Source: a virus. From it: a DNA stretch of 64,000 nt. A program made the translations under genes and the position numbers. The notes beneath the pieces are model-generated. The model was not told the origin of the DNA. It made no database searches and worked only from the letters and a program-made list of their open reading frames with translations. Shown one piece after another: positions 56,541 through 64,000 of the stretch. The stretch lies in IMG/VR virus record IMGVR_UViG_3300025133_000024. One strand, 5' to 3'. Each line of letters begins with the position of its first letter. Position 1 is the first letter of the stretch.

Positions 56541-58322
56541 TTACTGGAAAACGTAATATCTAATTGCCATACCGATGGCAAGAAGGACCGTTGCAAACAT
56601 TAGGATGGACAGTGGTTTGATTTTTTGAATAGAAACTGACTTGCTTGTTGAATATTCAATTGCGGGCTTCTCTCGTGGGTCCACAACCGTCATTTCTTTT
56701 GTCTCTTCTTCCAGTTCTTCAGCAACAACAATTTCAGTGCAAGCATCCAGGTTATGGTCTTCACACACTTCAACATCATATCCCATTAGAGAATGAGAAA
56801 CATCACCTTCTCGGAACAAGGAGAGAGACACAAGTTGATTGTAAAAACTTACTTTCATTTTGACATAAAGGATTAATTCACCTTCTTCTTCAAGAGAAAC
56901 AATATGCTCCATGATGTCTTTAAGAGTTGAATACACTCTTGTTGTTTTTCGGAGTTGAATCACTTGTTGCTCATAATCTTCAGCCTTTGTCAAAAGAATA
57001 TCATTTGCAGAATGAAGATTATTTTTATCAGCATCAAGTTTTCTTACTTGTTTTTCAAAGTCACTAATTCGTTGATAAAGAGACTTAATGCCAGACGATT
57101 GCTTGATAAGTTGACCTTCTTGGTCTTTGATGACATGAGTTGCATCAATCAAAGCTCGACCTTCAGTTTCACGCTTTCTTTTCTCTTGTTCAAGTTTGGT
57201 TTGATGTTGGATTAAAACCTGTTGAGTCCCTTTCAATGTCTCTGAAAGGATTTTTCTTTCCTTTTTATCCCTTGAAATCCTTTCCATTCTTTCTTTGAGT
57301 TTTTGCTTCAAGTCAACAATGGATTTTTTGGATTGTTCTAGTTGCTGAGAGAATTCAGATACTTCAATCTGCTTTGATTTAATATCCGAAGCAAGTTTTT
57401 TTCTCTCCATAACCAGCTTTTCTTTCAAATTGCCAATTCTGTTGTCTGTCGAGATTCTCAACTTTCGAAGTTGTTCTTTCGCAGTCTCAGATTCAGCAGT
57501 AAGCTCCAGAACTGTCTTAGCAAGCTTTGTTTTTTGCTCCTGAGAGTTAGATTCTTTCTTTCGCAGATTGGAAACTTCTGTTTCAAGAAGACGAATTCTT
57601 GCTTGTTCTCTAGTTGGAGGTTGAACAGTATCAAGCACAGGCTTCTTTTTCATCACCTTTGCTTTGGGAAGTGAACTTGCTCCGGGAGGAGATTGATTTT
57701 CTGCCATATACCTTTCAACATCTTCTCTTTTCAAAACTCGAAAGGATTCTTGACCATCTTTGGTGAATTTTCGACCAAAATGACAACATCCAACTCGACG
57801 GTACTCAACACAATATGACTTGCAAGTTTGCCACAAGCCATGTTTGATAAGTTGTTCCTTCATTTCAGGAGAAACATAGCACATGATAACGGAACCTGCA
57901 TACTGAGGCGTTCTAAGTTCTTTTAAAACAATTTCAAACAAAGCTTGCAGTTCTTTTTTGGTTGCTCCAGAAGGATTGAAACCGATTCTTTTTGGAGCCT
58001 TCGGCTGTGCTTTGGTTTTAGGTTGGGTTGGTGTAATTTGATTTTTGTTGTTTTCTTTCTCTAGTTTTGCTCGAATAGCTTTCAGAACTTGTTCCAAATT
58101 TAGAGGCTCAAGTTGTTGTTGAAGTTGTTGACGTGGTGTTTGGGGTTTTGTTGTTTGTGGGTGAACTTTCCACCGTTTTGTTGGAAGGGGACGAGGGGGA
58201 ATCATTGCAACACCTCTTTCTTTTTTTGTTGAAGGAAGTTGACCAAAGATTCGTTCAAAATCTTCCAATAGTTGGTCAAAAGGTTCTTGTTTCTTTTTGT
58301 TGTCTTTACTGTTCACTTTCAT
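56541..58322 (-). CDS. long coiled-coil protein with C-terminal membrane anchor
   Basis: heptad-rich middle; LSILMFATVLLAIGMAIRYY tail. Confidence 0.8.
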   Translation of the reverse strand: MKVNSKDNKKKQEPFDQLLEDFERIFGQLPSTKKERGVAMIPPRPLPTKRWKVHPQTTKPQTPRQQLQQQLEPLNLEQVLKAIRAKLEKENNKNQITPTQPKTKAQPKAPKRIGFNPSGATKKELQALFEIVLKELRTPQYAGSVIMCYVSPEMKEQLIKHGLWQTCKSYCVEYRRVGCCHFGRKFTKDGQESFRVLKREDVERYMAENQSPPGASSLPKAKVMKKKPVLDTVQPPTREQARIRLLETEVSNLRKKESNSQEQKTKLAKTVLELTAESETAKEQLRKLRISTDNRIGNLKEKLVMERKKLASDIKSKQIEVSEFSQQLEQSKKSIVDLKQKLKERMERISRDKKERKILSETLKGTQQVLIQHQTKLEQEKRKRETEGRALIDATHVIKDQEGQLIKQSSGIKSLYQRISDFEKQVRKLDADKNNLHSANDILLTKAEDYEQQVIQLRKTTRVYSTLKDIMEHIVSLEEEGELILYVKMKVSFYNQLVSLSLFREGDVSHSLMGYDVEVCEDHNLDACTEIVVAEELEEETKEMTVVDPREKPAIEYSTSKSVSIQKIKPLSILMFATVLLAIGMAIRYYVFQ

Positions 58323-58551
58323 TTTCTCCTGTTTCTTGTGTTTGCCATGCGGGTTTCGCTAATGGTGGAAACTTAATTTTCCCAGAATCCACCAATTTAC
58401 TGAAAAAGTTATTGTATTGAGGTTGAAGTCTGTACAAAATTCCTTTATTATATAAGTTGATAAAAAGGTTCACAATTTGAGTGTCTTCTAACTCTCCTTG
58501 TTCTAGTAAAAAAATTTGATTTAATATCTCTTCAGGAATTTCGACTTGCAT
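58306..58551 (-). CDS. hypothetical protein
   Basis: GAGG SD. Confidence 0.6.
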   Translation of the reverse strand: MQVEIPEEILNQIFLLEQGELEDTQIVNLFINLYNKGILYRLQPQYNNFFSKLVDSGKIKFPPLAKPAWQTQETGENESEQ

Positions 58552-58599
58552 TGATTAACCTCATGTTTGCTATAAATAGTTTTTTTTGTTTTTCAAAAA

Positions 58600-58992
58600 T
58601 TATTTATTCTTTTTAATTCGAATCCAGATAAATTTACCTCTCATGCTCGAATATTGCACTTTAGACTTCTCTACATAAAACCGATAATCACATTTCAATC
58701 CGATTTCCGACTTATAACTCTTCTTATACCAATTCGAAATTCGTTTCAAATTCTTGTATAATGAACTAGCTTTAAATCGAACCCAATTCTTCCTCCTTTT
58801 GCATCTTTGTTGGTACATTGAATATAAGTTTTCTCTTTGTTTGGTTCCATTGGCCTTATATGAAACTTGACATCTTTGTAAAATAACAACTTTCAACGTT
58901 TCATGTTTTGGTTTCCTTTTTTTTGCCAAAATGTTTTTAGGAACAAACACCATACAAATCATCATAACACAGAACCAAAGTCTTTTCAACAT
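58600..58992 (-). CDS. basic secreted/membrane hypothetical protein
   Basis: N-terminal signal-like segment. Confidence 0.6.
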   Translation of the reverse strand: MLKRLWFCVMMICMVFVPKNILAKKRKPKHETLKVVILQRCQVSYKANGTKQRENLYSMYQQRCKRRKNWVRFKASSLYKNLKRISNWYKKSYKSEIGLKCDYRFYVEKSKVQYSSMRGKFIWIRIKKNK

Positions 58993-59044
58993 CTTTTTTT
59001 CTCCAACCTAAATATTTTTTGTGATTAAAACGTGCAAGACATAT

Positions 59045-59263
59045 TCAGTCTCTTTTTGTTTTTGTTGGTTTGTATACCACGCCTATCCAACTCATGGGAA
59101 TCCACAACATTTCTCTTGTCTCAAAAAAAACAAAACAATGGTCCATGTGCAAATCAAACTTGATAATGATACCAGAAAGAGCTTGACCCATAGCGTCAGG
59201 ATACATACGACAAAGCATATCACCAACTTTAACTTGACAATCATTGCCAGTGATATACTTCAT
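59045..59263 (-). CDS. small SH3/Tudor-like protein
   Basis: KVGDM...GIIIK...CFVFF...WIP. Confidence 0.6.
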   Translation of the reverse strand: MKYITGNDCQVKVGDMLCRMYPDAMGQALSGIIIKFDLHMDHCFVFFETREMLWIPMSWIGVVYKPTKTKRD

Positions 59264-59267
59264 TTTG

Positions 59268-60455
59268 TTATCGGATTGGAACAACTTGTTCATTTGTCGC
59301 AAAATAAGGACGTTCAAAGTTTTCTTCGTCCGTCAACCAAAGACGCTGAACTTTGCACGGACCCGGTGCTGGAGCTTGCATATCAGTCAAAATGATAAGT
59401 CCATCATAATGACCTTCATTTGCAAAGTCCGTAATGCAGTTGAAACAAGTTCCTCCACATTTCACACGCTCCAAGTTTGGAATCGTTCCACGTTTCCACT
59501 CATATACAAGCTCAGTCAAAACTTCCGTATCAAAAGGCGCAACAGTGAAAGTTGCGAATTTCGAAAGAGCAATCAATTCCGCGAAAAACATCTGAAGGAG
59601 TTTGTCAGAAACCGACCCACTCATATCAACACCAATCAAGAGTTTTGCATGGCGAACAGTCTTTTTTCCAGGGTGCTGATAGGGGAACCTTCGGTTCAAA
59701 CGGCGCATGGTTCCACGCTTTTCACCACGTTGGGAAGTTTTGATGAAATATCGCAACACTCCCTTCCAATCAACAAAGTTCTGAAGTGCTGCCAAAATCT
59801 GCTTCTGAAGTTCAGATGGGACAGAGCCCCAACCTCGTTCTGCACTTTCCTTTGCAGCTTCTTCCATAAGGTCTCTTGCTCTTTTTGCAACCATTCTTTT
59901 CATGATGTCTTTTGCTTCGTTGGACAAGTTTTCCATATTTTGACCCCATTGAGAGTGGTCACCCATATTTCCAACTTGCGAGAACTTCTCTTTTTCTTGC
60001 AAAATTCTCAAGAAATAAGCTTCCGACATTAACTTTCTGGGGAAAGTGCTGAACGGACCTTCACCAGGGACACAACCACCTTCTGGAAGTTCTTCGTGAG
60101 GAATCCAAGAATTGATGGCAAGGTCGGTTGCAAGGTTCCAAAAATGATGTTGGTCTTCTTCTTTTTTCCGAGAAGTGACATGCTCCCAAATAATGTGCAA
60201 GAATTCATGTTTCAACAAACCACGCCTTTGGTCAGGATTCAAAGACAATATGAATTTAGGGTTGTAAATAAGCTCAAAGTAACCTCTTTCGTTCACCCGA
60301 ACACCAGCAGTCGGAATCGACATAGAAGCTTTCTTCGAAATGTGCCTTGAAATACAAGCATAAAAAGGCTCATCTTTCAAAAGTTGAAACACATCATAAT
60401 TCAAATCATAATTCACTCTCGGTTTTCTAACAGGAACCAAAGTCTCTTCAGACAT
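59268..60455 (-). CDS. DUF2201 metallopeptidase + VWA domain protein
   Basis: TAGV, LKHEFLH, NLATDLAIN; DMSGS MIDAS, GGT, ILTD. Confidence 0.9.
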   Translation of the reverse strand: MSEETLVPVRKPRVNYDLNYDVFQLLKDEPFYACISRHISKKASMSIPTAGVRVNERGYFELIYNPKFILSLNPDQRRGLLKHEFLHIIWEHVTSRKKEEDQHHFWNLATDLAINSWIPHEELPEGGCVPGEGPFSTFPRKLMSEAYFLRILQEKEKFSQVGNMGDHSQWGQNMENLSNEAKDIMKRMVAKRARDLMEEAAKESAERGWGSVPSELQKQILAALQNFVDWKGVLRYFIKTSQRGEKRGTMRRLNRRFPYQHPGKKTVRHAKLLIGVDMSGSVSDKLLQMFFAELIALSKFATFTVAPFDTEVLTELVYEWKRGTIPNLERVKCGGTCFNCITDFANEGHYDGLIILTDMQAPAPGPCKVQRLWLTDEENFERPYFATNEQVVPIR

Positions 60456-60496
60456 TTTTCTCTCTCCAAGAATATTGTAAATAAAAAATGAACTAG

Positions 60497-60534
60497 AAAA
60501 TGAACCCGGAATGTGATAGTTCCGGGTTCATTTT
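60497..60534. terminator. terminator-like hairpin between ATPase and VWA genes
   Basis: 15-bp perfect arms aaaatgaacccggaa/ttccgggttcatttt. Confidence 0.7.
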
Positions 60535-60549
60535 GAGCGAAAGCTTTAT

Positions 60550-61701
60550 TTAGCTTTCGTCATCTTCGCCTTGAAGTTCCTTAAGCTTCTCAGTGAGTTC
60601 ATCTTGGTCAAAGCCACTCACAATGTCAGCCATCCAAATACCAGACCATTTGTTGGCTTTGGGATATTTCTTGCCGTGCCACAGTTTGATGTTGTGGTAA
60701 CCGGTATCTTTCGCGGCCAAAGAAGTGAACAGAAGGATGGCATTTTCGGGGGGCAAGTATTCCCAATACTCCATCAAGTTGCCCATTTCAGCATCACTCA
60801 AGTCTTTCGCAAGATGAGAGCCATTTTTGAACTTGTTGAGAATGCTGTTATGCTCGTTCAATTCCATCGTCGGATAACGGTCACGACGCTCACCAGCGAG
60901 AACTTGAGCAGGACTAACTTCGTATTCCAAAGTCTCTGCATAATTTCTCAGAGCGATTGCAGCCTCCTCACCAACGAAACCAGCAGCCAAGCTGTAAAGC
61001 TGGAGGGTTGTCTCTTTCGTGAAGAAACCAGCACGGTCAGCACACTCGGAAAGACGGAACCAAGAACGACGGGAAGGATAGATTTTGCTCGGGTCATAAG
61101 TGCCCTTGTGCTCAAGATGCTCAAAGTGCCCCGCAATGAAGTCCCAAACGGTTTGGTGAACTTTACCAGCAGCGTATTGAAGCCAATCATCCACGGACGG
61201 CTCCACATCCACAATCCACCAACGGTCACTCTCGGCAGGGTCCATTTCGCTCACTTGGTAATGGGGTGCGTTCTTCCCACCATTCACAGCAGCGAAAATC
61301 TTGGTTCCAGGGTGAAGGACTTGACCGAAAATCTTGCGAGAATCAGCCAGTTCGAAGAAACCTTGACGAACCTCAGGGATTGCGCGGTCCAATTCATCCA
61401 TGAAGAGAACAACGGGCTTGGAACAAGCTTCGTAAAACCAATCCGGCGGGTTGAAAGAGGTGGTTTTCTTTTTCTCGTTCATTCGAGGCAGACCAATCAA
61501 GTCACCCTCGGTCATCTGTGAAGCACGACGCTCAACCACCGGAAGACCAAGGTCTCTGGCGATTTGATAAACGACTTCCGATTTGCCGACGCCGTGGGCA
61601 CCACGAATCAAAACCGGAAAACCTTCAGGGTCTTTCTTTTTGGAGGTGATTTTGGGGCCGATGATTCCGGCTGCAACGATACGAAAAGTTTGAAAATCCA
61701 T
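60550..61701 (-). CDS. MoxR/dynein-related AAA+ ATPase
   Basis: GAHGVGKS Walker A, LFMDELDRA Walker B, AAVN, DPAESDR, SRRSW. Confidence 0.9.
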   Translation of the reverse strand: MDFQTFRIVAAGIIGPKITSKKKDPEGFPVLIRGAHGVGKSEVVYQIARDLGLPVVERRASQMTEGDLIGLPRMNEKKKTTSFNPPDWFYEACSKPVVLFMDELDRAIPEVRQGFFELADSRKIFGQVLHPGTKIFAAVNGGKNAPHYQVSEMDPAESDRWWIVDVEPSVDDWLQYAAGKVHQTVWDFIAGHFEHLEHKGTYDPSKIYPSRRSWFRLSECADRAGFFTKETTLQLYSLAAGFVGEEAAIALRNYAETLEYEVSPAQVLAGERRDRYPTMELNEHNSILNKFKNGSHLAKDLSDAEMGNLMEYWEYLPPENAILLFTSLAAKDTGYHNIKLWHGKKYPKANKWSGIWMADIVSGFDQDELTEKLKELQGEDDES

Positions 61702-61781
61702 GAATAAGCTCCTTATCATGAAATAAATATTGCCATAGTGGCAGGGGATGGGCGAAATGCCCGGTGAATCAATCTAGAAAC

Positions 61782-61810
61782 AAGTTAGTAACGAGAGGTT
61801 TGTTTGTCAA
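61782..61810 (-). promoter_or_regulatory. sigma70-type promoter for AAA ATPase
   Basis: TTGACA-17-TAACTT + GGGC-ATTTC-GCCC. Confidence 0.75.
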
Positions 61811-62056
61811 GGGTCATCACTAATTTTTTTTTCAATTTTTTTTCTCTCCTTAGGTTTATTCTGAGTCTTTTGACATCATAATTGTGCCACCAACTATCAT
61901 GGCGCTCTTGCTGAAGTTGCATAGTAAAAACGTTCAACAAAAGTGCTGGTGAGGTGCGTGATGGGTTGTGTTCACATTGTAACAAAAGTAACTTTGTTTT
62001 TTTCCAATAACAAGTTCACCATATTTTACTTGTTTTGTGTGAATGTAATTTTTCAT
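61785..62056 (-). pseudogene. frameshifted small ORF
   Basis: MKNYIH..KYGELVIGK; continues in -1 frame after A7 run. Confidence 0.4.
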
Positions 62057-62099
62057 TCTCTAGTGTCCTCCTTTCAAGGTTTTCTTCGCTTGTATTCTC

Positions 62100-62128
62100 A
62101 ATATGGTCACTCGATGTTCTGTTGTCAA
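62100..62128 (-). promoter_or_regulatory. sigma70-type promoter
   Basis: TTGACA-17-CATATT. Confidence 0.6.
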
Positions 62129-62150
62129 CCCCTTTCAAAGTTTTTTTTGA

Positions 62151-62225
62151 CACACCCGATAGGATTTGAACCTATGACAAATGAATTAGAAAACCGATGC
62201 TCTATCCTGACTGAGCTACGAGTGC
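62151..62225 (-). tRNA. tRNA-Arg(TCT)-like gene with unpaired anticodon stem (possible pseudo-tRNA)
   Basis: acceptor, D and T arms pair; anticodon stem TCGGT/TTCAT has 1 WC + 1 GU pair. Confidence 0.6.
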
Positions 62226-62236
62226 TTTCATTAACC

Positions 62237-62264
62237 AATATAAGCATCAATCAGTCAATGTCAA
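62237..62264 (-). promoter_or_regulatory. sigma70-type promoter for tRNA-like gene
   Basis: TTGACA-16-TATATT. Confidence 0.7.
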
Positions 62265-62278
62265 GAGCTTGGAGGGAA

Positions 62279-62479
62279 TTATTTTTTCTTTTTTTTATTG
62301 TAAGTTCCTAAGAGTTTTATAGAGGGATGACAATACACATCTGGGGATTCTATAGAAAGCCCTGTTAAACTTTTAGAAACATAAAGAACGATGTATTGTC
62401 CATCCTTAGTGCCCAATATTAAATCACAAAACCTATCCATTTTAATTAAGTCACCTTTTGAACGCTTTAGTTTAGACAT
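62279..62479 (-). CDS. small KG[DE]L family protein
   Basis: SKGDLI...LGTY. Confidence 0.6.
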   Translation of the reverse strand: MSKLKRSKGDLIKMDRFCDLILGTKDGQYIVLYVSKSLTGLSIESPDVYCHPSIKLLGTYNKKKKK

Positions 62480-62813
62480 TTTTTCTTGGTCTCCCTCTTT
62501 TCTTTTTCATATTCCAAGGAACTTCTTTGTTGTTTCTATCAATATAAAAAGTTTTATAAGGAAACTTTCTCACCCAATGTTTGGCTTCTTTGGCATCTTC
62601 AAAAGATTTTTCATATAAAAATTTATCTTCGCCGGTTGAACCTGAACAATAGGTTTCTCCACAATCTGACCAACCTTCTTCTTCCAAAACTCTCCTCACT
62701 GTTCTAACAACTCGACCATCAAAGCCACACACTTCAAAGCGAAATCTGGTCTCATCGCGATTCTTGGCTTCACCCATTTGCCAAATATAACAAACACCGT
62801 TTTTATCAGACAT
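62472..62813 (-). CDS. hypothetical protein with C-terminal AT-hook
   Basis: KKRGRPRK; start trimmed to MSDKNG. Confidence 0.7.
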   Translation of the reverse strand: MSDKNGVCYIWQMGEAKNRDETRFRFEVCGFDGRVVRTVRRVLEEEGWSDCGETYCSGSTGEDKFLYEKSFEDAKEAKHWVRKFPYKTFYIDRNNKEVPWNMKKKRGRPRKNV

Positions 62814-63018
62814 CTTCTTTCTCCTCTGTGTTATTGTATATACACATCTTTTCTCTACACTGATGAACATAAACACCATCATACATGAACAAATGACGAA
62901 TATATTTATCACCAATTCTAAGCATATTATAACTCTTATTATCAGGATTGTGTGATATTACTAATTCTATTGCCTCAGCAAATCTATATAAATTTCCTTT
63001 TCTATTTTTCAACTTCAT
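62806..63018 (-). CDS. small KG[DE]L family protein
   Basis: RKGNLY. Confidence 0.6.
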   Translation of the reverse strand: MKLKNRKGNLYRFAEAIELVISHNPDNKSYNMLRIGDKYIRHLFMYDGVYVHQCREKMCIYNNTEEKEDV

Positions 63019-63217
63019 TCTCATCCTCATCTTCATACTGTAAATGTTGACCAACTCCAGAACCATCCAACCAAAACCTTAAAATCTCTTTTTCGTCGGT
63101 CCAAGAACCCATTGAAACCCTTTTAAAATAGGATATATTAAAAATTCTGGAATCTCCGATGTAAAGGCTAATTAGAAATCTATTTTTTCGTAAAAATAAC
63201 TCACCCTTCTTTATCAT
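63002..63217 (-). CDS. small KG[DE]L...LxY family protein
   Basis: KKGELF...LQYEDED. Confidence 0.65.
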   Translation of the reverse strand: MIKKGELFLRKNRFLISLYIGDSRIFNISYFKRVSMGSWTDEKEILRFWLDGSGVGQHLQYEDEDENEVEK

Positions 63218-63383
63218 CTTCATCCTCATACTGTAAAACTAATTTACTCGATTTCACATAATAACTTAAATTAACCCAAGGATGCAAAACGAGGATGTTC
63301 CCACCAAAGGATAAAGTTATGTTGTCATCCAAACACAGTTCAAAAAGATTTTTGTTTGGAAAAAATATCAATTGACCTTTCAT
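63201..63383 (-). CDS. small KG[DE]L...LxY family protein
   Basis: MKGQLI...LQYEDED. Confidence 0.65.
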   Translation of the reverse strand: MKGQLIFFPNKNLFELCLDDNITLSFGGNILVLHPWVNLSYYVKSSKLVLQYEDEDDKEG

Positions 63384-63462
63384 TTCATGTTTCCTTGCAA
63401 CCTTTTTATTATGATGAAAGAGTGAGACCCTCTCAGAGACACCAGTGAGGCATCACATGAGC

Positions 63463-63491
63463 AATATAAGTCAGGCGAAGGGCAATGTCAA
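63463..63491 (-). promoter_or_regulatory. sigma70-type promoter
   Basis: TTGACA-17-TATATT. Confidence 0.8.
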
Positions 63492-63539
63492 GGGGGTTGG
63501 TCAAAAAAGGTTGTGCGAGGGGCTTAGAGAGGAATATTT

Positions 63540-64000
63540 TTATTTATTTGTGATATGGTCTTCAACTTTGGAGATGGATAGGACTTTGGGGAATTCATCA
63601 AGTTTTTGAATGGTGGGAATTAAAAGTTTGTTAACAAATTGTTCAGGTTTGTTAAAGCCTTCGTAATATAGATTTTTTGTATTGAATTTAATTTTTGCTG
63701 TTACAAGTTTTTTTGTTTCTGTTGTTTTTGTTTTGAGTGAGGAGACAACAGTGACTCTTGTTATTGCGCGAATGTCTGTTAATAGATTTGTAATGAGTGC
63801 CTGAATGTTGGTCTTTCTTTTATCAACAGAAAGTTTGACAATGACCTCGAACACATTATCACCAATTAGTGGGTTTTTTTTTTCTGTTAGGAAATCTTTG
63901 AATTGTTTGTGTGGGTTTTTGGAGATATATTCTTCTTCTTCGATTTGTGGCGGCTCATCATTGTAGAAAATATGTTTTAAGAATTGTTTATGAGTTTTTT
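63540..64000 (-). CDS. hypothetical protein (5' end outside window)
   Basis: frame is open beyond the tracked GTG to window end; contains KQFKDFLTE. Confidence 0.65.
   Translation of the reverse strand, partial: KTHKQFLKHIFYNDEPPQIEEEEYISKNPHKQFKDFLTEKKNPLIGDNVFEVIVKLSVDKRKTNIQALITNLLTDIRAITRVTVVSSLKTKTTETKKLVTAKIKFNTKNLYYEGFNKPEQFVNKLLIPTIQKLDEFPKVLSISKVEDHITNK

Noticed and set aside
28029-58580. TATTTAT late-promoter motif (28029, about 34761, about 58571)
   Set aside because: Expected by chance in AT-rich DNA; too few copies to support without a genome-wide count
59244-61521. Long plus-strand ORFs 59244-60032 and 60571-61521
   Set aside because: Antisense shadows of the VWA and AAA genes; no motifs or SD

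Overview
This window is part of a large, AT-rich tailed bacteriophage genome (inferred from sigma70-type promoters, Shine-Dalgarno sites, tRNAs, PhoH and dense operons). Almost every gene is on the minus strand. (1) 1-23.4 kb: a nucleotide-sugar and glycosyltransferase island (heptose kinase, SDR epimerases, GDP-fucose synthases, GDP-mannose 3,5-epimerase, Ugd, GT11, GT4/GT2, WecB, formyl-, acetyl-, methyl- and aminotransferases). An ADP-ribosyltransferase-like gene sits inside it, flanked by a 27-bp direct repeat. (2) 24-38.8 kb: PD-(D/E)XK nuclease, PIN-PhoH, one inverted AT-rich trypsin-like protease, a LamG protein, metallopeptidases, a nucleotidyltransferase, DUF1599, and tandem 55-100 aa ORFs of one divergent KG[DE]L...LxY[EG] family (about 35 intact members across the window). 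(3) 38.8-39.3 kb: five perfect 42-bp repeats plus hairpins at a flip in strand composition, a candidate replication origin or genome end. (4) 39.3-64 kb: about 30 promoter/leader modules, roughly one per gene up to 51 kb, with duplicated and apparently shuffled gene cassettes. This part also has three free-standing paralogues of the C-terminal domain of a MoxR-like AAA+ ATPase (whose full gene and VWA partner are at 59.3-61.7 kb), two tRNAs and one tRNA-like gene. All protein assignments come from recognising motifs by eye; no database searches were run.
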